This document shows, in pieces, positions 51,149-63,097 of a DNA stretch of 64,000 nt. The stretch comes from Alphaproteobacteria bacterium. Its GTDB lineage: Bacteria > Pseudomonadota > Alphaproteobacteria > GCA-2746255. The stretch is from positions 1,856,001 through 1,920,000 of the forward strand of contig OZ252220.1 in assembly GCA_965249135.1 (NCBI GenBank), read 5' to 3'. The position numbers were made by a program, and so were the translations under genes. The notes under the pieces were generated by a model. That model searched no databases. It was given only the letters and a program-made list of their open reading frames with translations, and was not told the DNA's origin. Each line of letters begins with the position of its first letter. The first letter of the stretch is position 1.

Positions 51149-52192
51149 TTACGTTTGGCGTATTTCGTAGTCTGCCCAAAGGGCGAGGGTAAAAAGAAGG
51201 ACCGCGCCCGCTTGGTGGGCGACCCCAAGCGGCAGTGGTACGACAAGCAACAAGGTGGCGATTCCAAGACCGACTTGAAGGATTGCTATTCCGAAAAGAA
51301 AAGTGAACGCTGAACACGCACGTTTTGAAAGCGTTGTCTGCCAGGAGACAAGCCAAAGCACCCCGACGCCAAGAAGGCTAGCGATGCCTAAAAGCCGGTG
51401 GTTGAACTGCACACTTGCAATGTTCTCGAAGAAATTCCGCCAGCCGGGCTCCAATGCCCAGTAATCTTCCGGGATAAAGCCAGCGCCCATCCGCGGAAAG
51501 GTGTTGTAGGTGAGGCCGGCATCGGTTCCGGCGACGAAGGCGCCGGCAATCGCGGTAAGGAAAATCAGCAGAAGCATCCCACGCGTCGCACCTCGAAAAA
51601 GAGCCGCGGGGCCGGTACTTTTTGGCGGATGGAGCAGCCCAAGGCCCAAACGAAACAAGAGTGCAAAAATAAAAAGGGCCAGTGCGAGATGGGCCGCAAG
51701 GCGATAGGGACTTACGTCCGGACGATCGACCAGCCCGCTTTTTACCATGTACCAACCAAGCCAGCCTTGTAGTGCGCCGAGAAGAAACACTCCGAGCAGT
51801 TTTGGGACAAGCCTTCGGTCGATGGCGCCGCGAAACCAAAAATAAAGAAATGGAAAAAGGAAAACGATGCCGATTAATCGGCCCCATAGACGATGCAGAT
51901 ATTCCAGCCAGAAGATCGGTTTGAATTCGGCAAGCGCCATGTCGGCATTGCGCTTCTGATACTCGGGAAAGGATTGATATTTCGCGAAGACTTCCTTCCA
52001 TTCCGTTTCCGATAACGGCGGCAGAATGCTGACTAGCGGTTTCCATTCGACAATCGAAAGGCCGGCGTGGCTAAGCCGCGTCGTGCCTCCAAGGAGGATC
52101 ATGACGAAGACGAAACCCGCGCAGAGGAAAAGCCAAGTCACGAGTTGCCGTTCGTGCGCGGTATGCCGAATGGGGGTTTCTCTTGTCGTCAT
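51149..52192 (-). CDS. ctaA: Haem A synthase, COX15/CtaA
   Basis: GGTTRL..AGLSIVEW.P, FWLEYLHRLWGR, QGWLGWYMVKSGL, VSPYRLAAHL, VQFNHR, HQAGA. Confidence 0.95.
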   Translation of the reverse strand: MTTRETPIRHTAHERQLVTWLFLCAGFVFVMILLGGTTRLSHAGLSIVEWKPLVSILPPLSETEWKEVFAKYQSFPEYQKRNADMALAEFKPIFWLEYLHRLWGRLIGIVFLFPFLYFWFRGAIDRRLVPKLLGVFLLGALQGWLGWYMVKSGLVDRPDVSPYRLAAHLALALFIFALLFRLGLGLLHPPKSTGPAALFRGATRGMLLLIFLTAIAGAFVAGTDAGLTYNTFPRMGAGFIPEDYWALEPGWRNFFENIASVQFNHRLLGIASLLGVGVLWLVSWQTTLSKRACSAFTFLFGIAILQVGLGIATLLLVVPLPLGVAHQAGAVLLFTLALWADYEIRQT

Positions 52193-52401
52193 TCGTTTCC
52201 GTTCAAAACGTCGCTTTCGGTCGTTTCAGTTTTCCTATTCCATGCTTATATAGTTGGGCAAGCATCCGGCGGGCGTTTCTTGACGGGGCCGGATGGGCAG
52301 AGGATGATGACAAAAAGCCCCAAAATAAAAGCAGCAGCAAGAAAGTTTAAAGAAAATCGGTTCATTATGCCGCCGGTTTTCGGGTTGGAAGGGATGGCAG
52401 G

Positions 52402-52791
52402 ATGACGTCAAAGCGTCTCCTTATTATTGACGACGAGCAGGAAATCTGTGAGCTCATTCGCGATGTCGCCGAAGGCGAGGGCTTCGAAGTTTATTCGACG
52501 GTCAGTCCGGAGGAGTTCAAGACCGCCTATAAGAGCTTCAAGCCGACGGTCGTGATCCTCGACCTCGTGATGCCCGAGACGGACGGGATCGAGTGCCTGC
52601 GCTACCTTGCGGATCTCGGATGCACGACCCCGATCCTGGTGATGAGCGGCTATAGCGGCAAGCTTCTGGAAAGTGCCCGCAGTCTGGGCGATGCCTTCGG
52701 CCTTCCCTTCGTACGAAGCCTGGAGAAGCCGATTCGCGTGAAACTCCTCCGAACGGCCCTCGCCTCCGCCTCCCAAACTCAAGAATCGTAG
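52402..52791 (+). CDS. Single-domain response regulator (receiver only)
   Basis: LLIIDDE, ILDLVMPETDG.E, MSG, EKP. Confidence 0.92.
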   Translation: MTSKRLLIIDDEQEICELIRDVAEGEGFEVYSTVSPEEFKTAYKSFKPTVVILDLVMPETDGIECLRYLADLGCTTPILVMSGYSGKLLESARSLGDAFGLPFVRSLEKPIRVKLLRTALASASQTQES

Positions 52792-52844
52792 AGCCGACAC
52801 CGGTGCCGATGGATGCTGAAAGCCCCAACTTTCTGAGAGCCTGG

Positions 52845-52968
52845 CATATTATACATAAAGAGTTTGTTATAAATATCAGAATTACATAGAAACTTGTCAT
52901 CATCCGACTAAATAACGTAATATAGGCGTATATCTAAGCTATTTAGCGAATAATAATTGTTAAATAGG
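52845..52968. promoter_or_regulatory. Strongly AT-rich promoter region upstream of the cys operon
   Basis: attatacataaagagtttgttataaatatcagaattacatag...taataattgttaaatagg contrasts with GC-rich flanks. Confidence 0.55.
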
Positions 52969-53000
52969 CGCCCCGGTGGAATCGCTAGGATGGTGGCCGA

Positions 53001-53729
53001 ATGACGAAGGTTGCGAAAATCGAGGAACGGGTGGCGGCTCAGGCGGCGGCACTAAACGCAGCGTATGGCCACCTCGATGGGCGGGAGCTTCTTCGCGTCA
53101 TAATCGAACGCGAGTTCCCGGGACGGATCGCACTTGCTTCTTCCTTCGGGGCAGAGGCCGGCATCTTGCTCGACCTTGTCGCAGAAGTCGCCCCGAAGAC
53201 GCCGGTGCTCTTTCTGGATACGCTGAAGCTTTTCGATGAGACGCTTCGCTACAAGGACCAGCTTGTCGAGCGCCTCGGGTTAACGAATATCCGCGTGCTT
53301 CGCCCCGATGCGGCCGAGCTTGCGGCGGAGGACCCTGACGAGACGCTGTGGTCGCGGGACTACGACGGCTGCTGCGACCTTCGGAAGGTGCGGCCGCTCG
53401 ACCGCGCGCTCGCCGATTACGAGGCTTGGATCACCGGCCGGAAGCGTTTCCATGGAAACAACCGCGCTACCTTGCCGATGATCGAGGCGGAAGACGGAAA
53501 AATCAAAATCAATCCGCTCGCCCGATGGACCCCGGCCGAGATCGCCGCGGCGTTCAAAGCCAAGGACCTGCCGCTCCATCCGCTGGTCGCGAAGGGTTAT
53601 CTTTCCATCGGTTGCACCACCTGCACACGGCGGGTCAATCCAGACAAGGCGGTTCGCGCCGGCCGTTGGACGGAAAACGAAAAGACGGAGTGCGGAATCC
53701 ATAAGGCGCGCTGGCACGGGAATCCATGA
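53001..53729 (+). CDS. cysH: (Phospho)adenylylsulfate reductase with Fe-S cysteines (APS reductase type)
   Basis: SSFGAE, FLDT, CC.LRKV.PL, KINPLA.W, HPL...[22 protein letters not shown]. Confidence 0.95.
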   Translation: MTKVAKIEERVAAQAAALNAAYGHLDGRELLRVIIEREFPGRIALASSFGAEAGILLDLVAEVAPKTPVLFLDTLKLFDETLRYKDQLVERLGLTNIRVLRPDAAELAAEDPDETLWSRDYDGCCDLRKVRPLDRALADYEAWITGRKRFHGNNRATLPMIEAEDGKIKINPLARWTPAEIAAAFKAKDLPLHPLVAKGYLSIGCTTCTRRVNPDKAVRAGRWTENEKTECGIHKARWHGNP

Positions 53730-54526
53730 ATCATCTCGACGCCTTAGAGGGCCAAAGCGTCTACATCTTTCGGGAAGCCTTCAACAAGATCGACAAGCTG
53801 GCGATGCTATGGTCGATCGGGAAAGACAGCAACGTGCTGCTGTGGCTGGCACGCAAGGCCTTCTTCGGCCATGTGCCCTTTCCGGCCGTTCATATTGACA
53901 CGTCTTACAAGATTCCCGAGATGATCGAGTTCCGGGACCGTATGGCGAAGGAATGGAATTTGAATCTGATTGTCGGCCAGAACAAGGAGGCCTTGAAGGC
54001 TGGCATGGGGCCTGAGAAGGGACGCGTCGTATGCTGCGGTGCCTTGAAGACGGAAGGGCTGAAACAGACGATCGCGGCACATGGTTTCACGGGTATTTTT
54101 GTCGGCATTCGCCGTGATGAAGAAGGAACGCGCTCGAAGGAACGCGTTTTCAGCCCCCGGGGCAAACATGCGGAATGGGATTTTCGCGACCAGCCGCCAG
54201 AATTTTGGGATCAGTTCAAGACGGATTTTGTGCCGGGCACACACCTTCGGATCCATCCTTTGTTGCACTGGACGGAAGTGGATATCTGGCGCTACATCCG
54301 GCGCGAAAAGATCCCGGTCGTGGACCTCTACTTCGCGAAGAATGGACAGCGTTACCGCTCGTTAGGATGCGCCCCTTGCACGGGAACGATCGCCTCGACC
54401 GCTTCGACGGTTGACGAAATCATCGAGGAGCTCGAAACGACTAAAATCTCGGAACGCTCCGGCCGTGCACAGGATAAGGAATCCGAGGACGCCTTCGAGC
54501 GGCTCCGGGTCGAAGGATATATGTAA
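53726..54526 (+). CDS. cysD: Sulfate adenylyltransferase subunit 2
   Basis: [31 protein letters not shown]...WTE.DIW.YI, YRSLGC.PCT, GYM. Confidence 0.95.
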   Translation: MNHLDALEGQSVYIFREAFNKIDKLAMLWSIGKDSNVLLWLARKAFFGHVPFPAVHIDTSYKIPEMIEFRDRMAKEWNLNLIVGQNKEALKAGMGPEKGRVVCCGALKTEGLKQTIAAHGFTGIFVGIRRDEEGTRSKERVFSPRGKHAEWDFRDQPPEFWDQFKTDFVPGTHLRIHPLLHWTEVDIWRYIRREKIPVVDLYFAKNGQRYRSLGCAPCTGTIASTASTVDEIIEELETTKISERSGRAQDKESEDAFERLRVEGYM

Positions 54527-56469
54527 TGTCCGACCAGCCACTCGAGCCGAGTCGCGAAGATGAACTGCTTCGTGTCGTTATCGTCGGCCATGTCGATCAT
54601 GGAAAATCGACGCTCGTCGGGCGTCTCTTCTACGACACAGGCTCGCTTCCCGAAGGAAAGTTCGAGGCAATCCAGGCGATGTGCGAAAGCCGTGGTATGC
54701 CCTTCGAGTGGGCGTTCCTTATGGACGCGCTGCAGGCGGAGCGCGACCAGGGCATTACGATCGATAGTTCGCAGATTTGGTTTAAGACGACGAAGCGGGA
54801 CTACGTCATCATCGATGCGCCGGGGCACAAGGAATTCCTGAAAAACATGGTCAGCGGCGCCGCCAGCGCGGATGCCGCCCTTCTTGTGATCGACGCCCAC
54901 GAAGGCGTTCAGGAGCAGTCCCGTCGACACGGTTATCTTTTGCACCTCCTTGGTGTCCGTCAGGTCGTCGTCGCGATCAACAAGATGGACCTCGTGGGCT
55001 ATTCCCGCTCCCGTTTCATGGAGGTCGAGGGGGAATTCCGTAATTACCTTGCTGATATTGGCGTTGAGGCCCAGCACATCGTTCCCGTTTCCTCCCGTGA
55101 AGGCGATTGTATCGTCCACCGCTCCGAGAAGATGGACTGGCACGAAGGTCCGACCATCGTCGAGGCGTTCGACGCCTTCCAGCCACCGATGCCGTCGACG
55201 GAGCTGCCGCTTCGCCTTCCCATCCAGGACGTCTACAAGTTCGACCATCGCCGGATCATCGCCGGCCGGATCGAAAGCGGCCGGCTTCGCGTTGGCGATC
55301 GTCTGGTTTTGTCGCCCTCGAACAAGTCGGCCCGGGTGACCAGCATCGAGGACTGGAACGTCGCCACGCCGGTCCTTGCCACCAGCGCCGGTCAATCCGT
55401 CGGCATCACCCTTCAGGAGCAGATTTTCGTTGAGCGTGGCCAGATCGCAAGCCATACCGAGAATCTGCCCATCGAGACGAACGTCTTTCGGGCAAACCTT
55501 TTCTGGCTTGGCAAGAACCCCTTGCGGGTCGGCAAGCGCTACACGCTGAAGCTTCACACCGGCGAGCACAGGGCCCAGGTGCAATCAATCGATCGGATCG
55601 TTGACGTGACCGACCTTTCCTCCAGAGAGGGCGCGGAGGTTGGCAAGAATGCGGTGGCAGAAGTGACCCTGCGTACCCGTGGCCTCGTCGCGCTGGACGA
55701 ATTCTCCGACAACGCTCGAACCGGCCGCTTCGTCCTGGTCGAAGACTACACCATCGTCGGTGGCGGCATCATCAACATGAAAGGCTATCCGGATCAGCGG
55801 CCAAGCGTGACGCGTAAAACCACTTACGTTTTTCATGAAGATCACCAGGTGGCGGCGAACGCACGCTGGACCCTGAATGGACATCGCAGCGGGGTGCTGT
55901 GGCTGACCGGCCTTTCGGGTGCCGGCAAATCGACGCTGGCGCTTGAACTCGAAAGCCAGCTCTTCCGCAAGGGCTACCAGGTCTATGTCCTCGACGGCGA
56001 CAACTTGCGGAACGGGCTCAACGTGAATCTTGGATTCTCGCCGGAGGATCGGGCGGAAAACATTCGTCGGGCAGGCGAGGTGGCGGCCCTCTTCGCGGAA
56101 GCCGGCTTCATCGTGATCACCGCCTTCATCTCTCCCTATCGCGCCGATCGCGACCGCGTGCGAGCCATCGGCCCGGATAGTTTCCACGAGGTCTATGTGA
56201 AGGCGAGCCTCGAGACCTGCGAGAAGCGGGACCCGAAGGGGCTCTACCACAAGGCGCGGACCGGTGAGATCCCGGAATTCACCGGCATTTCTTCACCCTA
56301 CGAAGCGCCCGAGGAACCCGAGCTGGCCGTCGACACGGACCGGCTCACCGTCGAGGAGTCCGTCGCGCTTTTGCTTGAATATGTTGAGAAGAACCTGGTC
56401 TCGGGCAAAGGTTGGGAGGATCCGAACCGCCTTGGCTCCGTCAGCCAACTGGCCGCCCCGGGCCTCTGA
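54526..56469 (+). CDS. cysNC: Bifunctional sulfate adenylyltransferase subunit 1 / APS kinase (CysN-CysC, NodQ-like)
   Basis: [28 protein letters not shown]; C-terminal [41 protein letters not shown]. Confidence 0.95.
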   Translation: MSDQPLEPSREDELLRVVIVGHVDHGKSTLVGRLFYDTGSLPEGKFEAIQAMCESRGMPFEWAFLMDALQAERDQGITIDSSQIWFKTTKRDYVIIDAPGHKEFLKNMVSGAASADAALLVIDAHEGVQEQSRRHGYLLHLLGVRQVVVAINKMDLVGYSRSRFMEVEGEFRNYLADIGVEAQHIVPVSSREGDCIVHRSEKMDWHEGPTIVEAFDAFQPPMPSTELPLRLPIQDVYKFDHRRIIAGRIESGRLRVGDRLVLSPSNKSARVTSIEDWNVATPVLATSAGQSVGITLQEQIFVERGQIASHTENLPIETNVFRANLFWLGKNPLRVGKRYTLKLHTGEHRAQVQSIDRIVDVTDLSSREGAEVGKNAVAEVTLRTRGLVALDEFSDNARTGRFVLVEDYTIVGGGIINMKGYPDQRPSVTRKTTYVFHEDHQVAANARWTLNGHRSGVLWLTGLSGAGKSTLALELESQLFRKGYQVYVLDGDNLRNGLNVNLGFSPEDRAENIRRAGEVAALFAEAGFIVITAFISPYRADRDRVRAIGPDSFHEVYVKASLETCEKRDPKGLYHKARTGEIPEFTGISSPYEAPEEPELAVDTDRLTVEESVALLLEYVEKNLVSGKGWEDPNRLGSVSQLAAPGL

Positions 56470-56483
56470 CGGCACGGTTTTCC

Positions 56484-56512
56484 TTGACACCATCCCAAGG
56501 CTTACTTAGATC
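56484..56512 (+). promoter_or_regulatory. Probable groESL promoter (TTGACA -35)
   Basis: cTTGACA at 56483-56489 followed by an AT-richer -10 region immediately before CIRCE. Confidence 0.55.
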
Positions 56513-56513
56513 G

Positions 56514-56540
56514 TTAGCACTCGCTTACGAGGAGTGCTAA
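56514..56540 (+). promoter_or_regulatory. CIRCE element (HrcA operator)
   Basis: Perfect TTAGCACTC-gcttacgag-GAGTGCTAA upstream of groES. Confidence 0.97.
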
Positions 56541-56598
56541 GAAGCACCCTGCCGAGCGACGAATCGCCAGAGGCAAAAGGCAGTTAGGGAGAATCACC

Positions 56599-56907
56599 AT
56601 GAAATTCAGGCCGCTACACGATCGGGCATTGATCCGGCCGCTCGAGTCTGATGAGAAGACGGCTGGCGGTATCATTATACCCGATACGGCGAAGGAAAAA
56701 CCTCAAGAGGGGGCAGTCATTGCGGTAGGCCCGGGCACCCGAGACGAAACGGGAAAGCTCGTCCCGCTCGACGTAAAGGCGGGAGATCGCGTGCTCTACG
56801 GGAAGTGGTCCGGCACCGAAGTGAAGGTCGACGGCGAGGACCTTTTGATCGTGAAGGAGTCCGACATCTTAGGTGTCGTGACGGGCGCAAAGGGCAAGAA
56901 GAAATAA
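56599..56907 (+). CDS. groES: Co-chaperonin GroES
   Basis: [47 protein letters not shown]. Confidence 0.98.
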   Translation: MKFRPLHDRALIRPLESDEKTAGGIIIPDTAKEKPQEGAVIAVGPGTRDETGKLVPLDVKAGDRVLYGKWSGTEVKVDGEDLLIVKESDILGVVTGAKGKKK

Positions 56908-58569
<1,662 letters not shown>

Positions 58570-58592
58570 GACATCGAAGGCTTTTGCATAAT

Positions 58593-58620
58593 GGGCCGCC
58601 TTTAAGGCGGCCCTTTTTTT
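58593..58620 (+). terminator. Rho-independent terminator of groESL
   Basis: GGGCCGCC-TTTAA-GGCGGCCC hairpin followed by T7. Confidence 0.92.
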
Positions 58621-58640
58621 GGATAAGCGAAAACGGAAAG

Positions 58641-59735
58641 CTATGCGCGATGGTCGGCGCCGATCGCTTCTCCCACCTTCATGAAGCCGTCGCGGTGGAG
58701 AAGGATAAGAAGGTCCTTCTTGATGCGCGGAACGAGGCTGGGTCCTTCGAAGATCAACGCCGTATAAAGTTGGACAAGGGAGGCGCCGGCCCGAATCTTC
58801 GCGTACGCGTCCTTTCCGTTTGCGATCCCGCCGGTGCCGATCAGGGGCACGTTTCCTTCCGTCCGGCGGTAGAAATCGGCCAGAAGCTGCGTAGAAAGCG
58901 CAAAAAGCGGCCGGCCACTCAAGCCCCCTTCCTCGCTTTGCCGCTTACTGGCAAGTCCCCCAGGCCGGCTTAGCGTCGTGTTGCCGACGATGAGGCCGTC
59001 CGCCAGCCCTTCGAGCGCCACGTCCGCAATGCCTTGGCGTTGCGCCTCTTCGAGGTCGGGGGCGACCTTAAGGAAGAGCGGCGTCTTCGCGCCATCCGCT
59101 TTCGCCATCGCAGCCCGGGTTTCGGTAAGGATGTTTCCGAGCGCCTCTTTTGCCTGCAGGTCGCGAAGCCCTGGCGTGTTCGGTGAGGAAACGTTAAGGA
59201 CGAGGTAGTCGGCAAGATGCACGAAGGTACGCGCGCCGGCTGCGTAATCCGCCGCGGCGTCCTCGCTTTCGCGGTTCTTGCCAAGGTTAATGCCGATGAC
59301 ACCCGCGGCACGGCGTTCATTCTCGTGCGTGTGACGAAGCCGTGTCACCACGCGGGTCATCCCTTCGCTGTTGAAGCCCAATCGGTTGATGACGGCGCCG
59401 TCCTTTCCAAGGCGGAAAAGACGCGGGCGCGGATTCCCCGCTTGCGGCTGTGGGGTCACGGTGCCGGCTTCGACGAAGCCGAAGCCGAAACGAAACATGG
59501 CATCCAAAGTTTCCGCGTTCTTGTCGAAACCGGCTGCCAGACCGATTGGGTTTTGAAAACGGAGGCCCAAGAGCTCGGTGGCAAGGGCGGGATCATCCGC
59601 CTCTTTCACCCTGGGTGCGAAGCCCCGGGCCAGGGCGCGGATGGTAAGCGTATGCGCCGTCTCCGGCGGTAGGAACCGCAAGAAAGGCGCGATTACATCA
59701 AAAACCGCAGCGAATCCGGAAACATGTGAGCCCAT
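58641..59735 (-). CDS. pyrD: Quinone-dependent dihydroorotate dehydrogenase (start approximate)
   Basis: PETAH, NPIGLAAGFDKN, GTVTP.PQ.GNPRPRLFRL, NRLGFN, NVSSPNTPGLR, KVAPD, GGLSG, AGASLVQLYT. Confidence 0.96.
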   Translation of the reverse strand: MGSHVSGFAAVFDVIAPFLRFLPPETAHTLTIRALARGFAPRVKEADDPALATELLGLRFQNPIGLAAGFDKNAETLDAMFRFGFGFVEAGTVTPQPQAGNPRPRLFRLGKDGAVINRLGFNSEGMTRVVTRLRHTHENERRAAGVIGINLGKNRESEDAAADYAAGARTFVHLADYLVLNVSSPNTPGLRDLQAKEALGNILTETRAAMAKADGAKTPLFLKVAPDLEEAQRQGIADVALEGLADGLIVGNTTLSRPGGLASKRQSEEGGLSGRPLFALSTQLLADFYRRTEGNVPLIGTGGIANGKDAYAKIRAGASLVQLYTALIFEGPSLVPRIKKDLLILLHRDGFMKVGEAIGADHRA

Positions 59736-59806
59736 GGCGGGATCAAACCTAGCGGAAAGCACGACCTCTGAACAGCAAGCGCGCTTGCACAAGGTTTCGG
59801 TAAGGA

Positions 59807-60034
59807 ATGTCTACTATGCTTGATGGCGTCATGGCGAAAGCATTCGACGACATCGATCGGGAAGATCCCTTCCACCTGTCGCTCAACTTACTCGAGGCGT
59901 ATCATCGCATGGGCTTGCTTCTCGTGCCGATCGAACCCTCTGAGGAAAAGGTCGAAGCCGGTGTTCTGGCCGGCGCACCGTCGGCGGAACTCGCCGAACG
60001 AATCTACAAGGCGATGACGCGCTCGACGGATTAG
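59807..60034 (+). CDS. Small hypothetical protein
   Basis: AAGGA directly upstream; LVPIEPSEE.VEAG...IYKAM pattern recalls small phage-type proteins; stop overlaps holin stop. Confidence 0.55.
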   Translation: MSTMLDGVMAKAFDDIDREDPFHLSLNLLEAYHRMGLLLVPIEPSEEKVEAGVLAGAPSAELAERIYKAMTRSTD

Positions 60035-60582
60035 CGATTAGTGCTTGCACTAAAACGCCGGGCAAGTTCACTCAGGAAATTCGGCGCTGAATGGCTGTTC
60101 GAAGTCTTTTCCTGGCTTCGCTTGTACACGTAAATCCCAAGAACGCTTAAGCCCACGATCCAGATCGCGCTTAACTGCCCAAGCGCGCCAATGACGCCGC
60201 CGGCGCGTGCCGGTTCAAAGGCGATCACATAGGCCACGGCTAGCATCTGGGCGAACCAGGTAAAGGCCAGGATGTAGCCGAAGGTCGGGCGCATCCGCCG
60301 CACATAGCCATCCTCCGAGCGCGCCTCCGCACGGATCGTTTGATTGATCTCGCTTAGGATCTTTGCTTCCCGTTCCGCATCGATCGCCACCATCCGTTCG
60401 ACGTGGCGGTTCGCTTCGCTTACGACTTCCGGGGAGATCGTTCCTTTTTCGATCGCCGAGCCGACCCCGTCGAGGGCATCGGCCGCCGATTTCGCGATCG
60501 GATGATCGAGCCTGCCAAGGGCGCTGCCTACCGTTTTTACGAGCAGCGGCAGGCCGATCTGGGCGAGAAGGGCCGCCAGCAT
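60031..60582 (-). CDS. Holin of 3TM type (GTA_holin_3TM-like)
   Basis: IN.TIRAE..S.D.YVRRMRPTFGY, two hydrophobic helices, LSVLGIYVYKRS.EK. Confidence 0.82.
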   Translation of the reverse strand: MLAALLAQIGLPLLVKTVGSALGRLDHPIAKSAADALDGVGSAIEKGTISPEVVSEANRHVERMVAIDAEREAKILSEINQTIRAEARSEDGYVRRMRPTFGYILAFTWFAQMLAVAYVIAFEPARAGGVIGALGQLSAIWIVGLSVLGIYVYKRSQEKTSNSHSAPNFLSELARRFSASTNR

Positions 60583-61015
60583 CTAGGCATCCTCCCGGTA
60601 GTAGAGGTGGCTCCCGAAGGTGACGGCGGGCGTTCGCCCCTGGGCCCAGACGGGAAACGCATCCTCGGAATGAAAGCGCGTCGCACCTTGGGTCGGGTCC
60701 CTTAACACGCCGGCAAGCGCCCGCCTGGCGATACGGGAGGCAAGCCTGAAAAGGGCACGCGTCCTTGTGGGCGTCGGGCGGGGTCCGGGCCTTCCCGATC
60801 CGTTCCTCGCAAAGGATTTCAAAGTTTTTTCCGTCCGTTCGGTTCGTCATTTCCAGTTGGGCTCGGTTCAGGATCGCGGCGGCGATCGCCTCCATGTTGC
60901 GGACGTTTCCCCGCTTTCCTTGACACCCCTTCGCGCTTTCCGCGTAGATGGCTTCGGCGAGCAAACGGGTAAGCCGTTGGCGCTCGCTTTCCGGAAATTT
61001 GCGTCTTCTTTTCAA
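60583..61015 (-). pseudogene. Cell wall hydrolase (SleB/Hydrolase_2-like endolysin), frameshifted
   Basis: N-half LAEAIYAE...MEAIAAAILNR in one frame, C-half FRLASRIARRALAG.LRDPT.GATRFH...P.WA.GR.P..TFGSHLYY in the +1 frame; TTG start overlaps upstream TGA. Confidence 0.8.
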
Positions 61016-61332
61016 CGGTGCCTCTGAATTTGATTGTCGAGCTTGTCTTCGATCCGCTGCAGATGGCGCGTGAGCCGAATCTCCACGTCCTTGAGGCACG
61101 CCATCGAGGCATAGGATTTCGCGACTTCCAGCTTGAAGGCGGAGAGACTCTCCCGGTGCTCGTCGATTCCTTCCTCGAGCAAGTGATGGAACCGAAAAAG
61201 AGATGCCTGCCCTTCGCTCCGGGCGCGCCAGATAAGCCAGAAGAGTCCGGCAAACGTTGGGATCTCGACACCGGTAATCCACCAGATGAGATTGATATCC
61301 CAGTGAAACCCCATCCCAGTCTCCCTGTTCAA
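61012..61332 (-). CDS. Phage-associated small membrane/coiled-coil protein
   Basis: WWITGVEIP..AGLFWLIW TM segment, then L..FKLEVAKSYAS...LKDVE.RL..HL.RIE.KLD; overlaps both neighbours by 4 nt. Confidence 0.7.
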   Translation of the reverse strand: MNRETGMGFHWDINLIWWITGVEIPTFAGLFWLIWRARSEGQASLFRFHHLLEEGIDEHRESLSAFKLEVAKSYASMACLKDVEIRLTRHLQRIEDKLDNQIQRHR

Positions 61333-62801
61333 ATTTCGAAATTCGTCTTTGCAACGACACTTTGTGCGCCTCGCCAGTCCCGCCGGGTTGGTGCCGGCGT
61401 CACGGGAAGGCGGACCGGTTCGGCGAGTAGGCAGCCACTCACCGCATCCAGGCCGTCATCCTGAACGTCGATGCCGGGCTGCCATTCCCGCATTTCCGTG
61501 ATGAACGGGCTTGCCCAGACGCTGCGGTGGGCATGCAAGGCCCCCGCCGCGAGTACGGCGTCGAACACATCCAGGATTCGAAAATCCTTGGCATGGGTCG
61601 AGACCGCCTCAAGAACGCTCGTGCCGAGGTCGGCCATCGCAAGCTCCCGGCGCAGCAATCCGGGCAGAAAGCGTCCAAGCCCATTCGTTTCCAGCGATAG
61701 GCTTGGGAGATAAAGCCCCTTAAGAAATTCAACGACCTGACGGCAGAGTTGTGTTGCCTCATCGAGCTCGGAATCCGGATCCCAGGCAAAGTAGTGAACG
61801 CGATGCAGCCAATACCCGCCATCCTCATCCGTATAGACGGCAGCGACGACGTTCCTGTCCCCGCGCGCCGGCGCGCCGAAGGCTGGATCCCACCAGCAAC
61901 TCGCGGAAACGAGGCGCTTTCCTTCGAGGGTGAGGCTCGCCACCTTGTTTGATTCGCGATAATCGAGCTCGCCTTCATAAAGACGCAATCGGTCGGGATC
62001 GAGACGGCTCTCCATCGCGTTTACTTCCTCGAGCATCATTTGACTCGCGAACTTGTTCGGTCCGCTTCGTCGCTCGATCGCCGCGATTTTCTGCTTCGAG
62101 AAACGCTTCGGCCAACGGCTTCTTCCATTTTCGTCGAATAGAGGAAGCTCCAGACGCTTGAAGCCGTCGAGGTAGGGTTGCGTCTCCTCGGCTTCCGGCC
62201 GCGCTTGTTCGGCATAGATCGTGTAATAGGTGTGCGGCGTACCGACGTATAGTTGCAAACCACCGGGTACGAGTACGTAGTCGATCTCGGCGAGTTTCGT
62301 ACGCAGATTGGCCCGCTTGGGAACGGAGTCGGAAGTGTTCGGTACTTCAACATCGTCACAAAGAACGATGTCTGCCCGGCTTCCGGTCACGTTCGCATTG
62401 ATTCCGCGCCCCAACATGGAAGGATCACGAAGTCGCATACGACGATTAACGGTAAATTGCGAGGCTGCCCACTGATCTGCGCGTTTTGGTTTTAGGCCCC
62501 GCGTAAGGGGATGGCGCTCGATGATCTGTTTGACGTTGCGGACCATCTTGTTTGCCAGCTCCTGCTCGGCAGCAAGGACCAGAATCCGCAAGTTTGAATT
62601 TTTGGCGAGCAGCCAGGCGGAAAAAAGTCCGGCGATTGTCGACTTCCCACTGTCTCGAAAGGCAAGCAGTAGAAGCTCGCGATCCCCATTTTTCCAGCGT
62701 GCGTCCAGCCAGTTTGCAATCTCCAGATGCAGCTTTGGGGTGGATAAGGATTGAAGGCGATTCCAGAGCCAGACGAATTCCGGAAATGTCGGTCCGCTCA
62801 T
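61329..62801 (-). CDS. Phage terminase large subunit (T7 gp19-like)
   Basis: Walker A AFRDSGKST, TGSRAD, Walker B IVLCDDVE, VGTPH..TIY, F.SQMML, nuclease acidic motifs WWDPAFG, LETNG, DDGLDA. Confidence 0.9.
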   Translation of the reverse strand: MSGPTFPEFVWLWNRLQSLSTPKLHLEIANWLDARWKNGDRELLLLAFRDSGKSTIAGLFSAWLLAKNSNLRILVLAAEQELANKMVRNVKQIIERHPLTRGLKPKRADQWAASQFTVNRRMRLRDPSMLGRGINANVTGSRADIVLCDDVEVPNTSDSVPKRANLRTKLAEIDYVLVPGGLQLYVGTPHTYYTIYAEQARPEAEETQPYLDGFKRLELPLFDENGRSRWPKRFSKQKIAAIERRSGPNKFASQMMLEEVNAMESRLDPDRLRLYEGELDYRESNKVASLTLEGKRLVSASCWWDPAFGAPARGDRNVVAAVYTDEDGGYWLHRVHYFAWDPDSELDEATQLCRQVVEFLKGLYLPSLSLETNGLGRFLPGLLRRELAMADLGTSVLEAVSTHAKDFRILDVFDAVLAAGALHAHRSVWASPFITEMREWQPGIDVQDDGLDAVSGCLLAEPVRLPVTPAPTRRDWRGAQSVVAKTNFEI

Positions 62802-63097
62802 TCCTCCTCCACCATCTTGACGAGCGCGGCTCGTGCTTCGGCGATCAGTTGCGACATGTCTTCGGTGGCTGCCTCGTCGTCGTCCCCGTTCACCTCCGCC
62901 CAGCGGGCCATGCGGATCAACAGCTCCATATGGGCGAGCGCCGCTTTACAGGCAACGTGGTGGGCCGCAAAGCCTTTTGGGTCCTTCGGCTGCTGTTCGG
63001 TGGCGAAATGACGATAGCCACTCAGCGCCTTATCCAGCAGGCTGGGAAGCGCGGCGTGAACCCGCTTCCGCAGGGCCGCCATGTCTTTCACCATCAC
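62798..63097 (-). CDS. Hypothetical helical protein directly upstream of terL (possible small terminase)
   Basis: 99 aa, KGFAAHH.ACKAALAH.ELL; 4-nt overlaps with tail fibre gene and terL; function inferred from position only. Confidence 0.6.
   Translation of the reverse strand: MMVKDMAALRKRVHAALPSLLDKALSGYRHFATEQQPKDPKGFAAHHVACKAALAHMELLIRMARWAEVNGDDDEAATEDMSQLIAEARAALVKMVEEE

Noticed and set aside
60824-60832. A-AAA-AAC slippery heptamer (minus strand) in the endolysin as a programmed -1 frameshift
   Set aside because: The C-terminal half is in the +1 frame; a -1 shift hits a stop at 60819-60821.
60215-61360. 381-aa ORF as one real gene
   Set aside because: Only its middle part (endolysin N-half) is protein-like; the rest overlaps the holin and membrane-protein genes out of frame.
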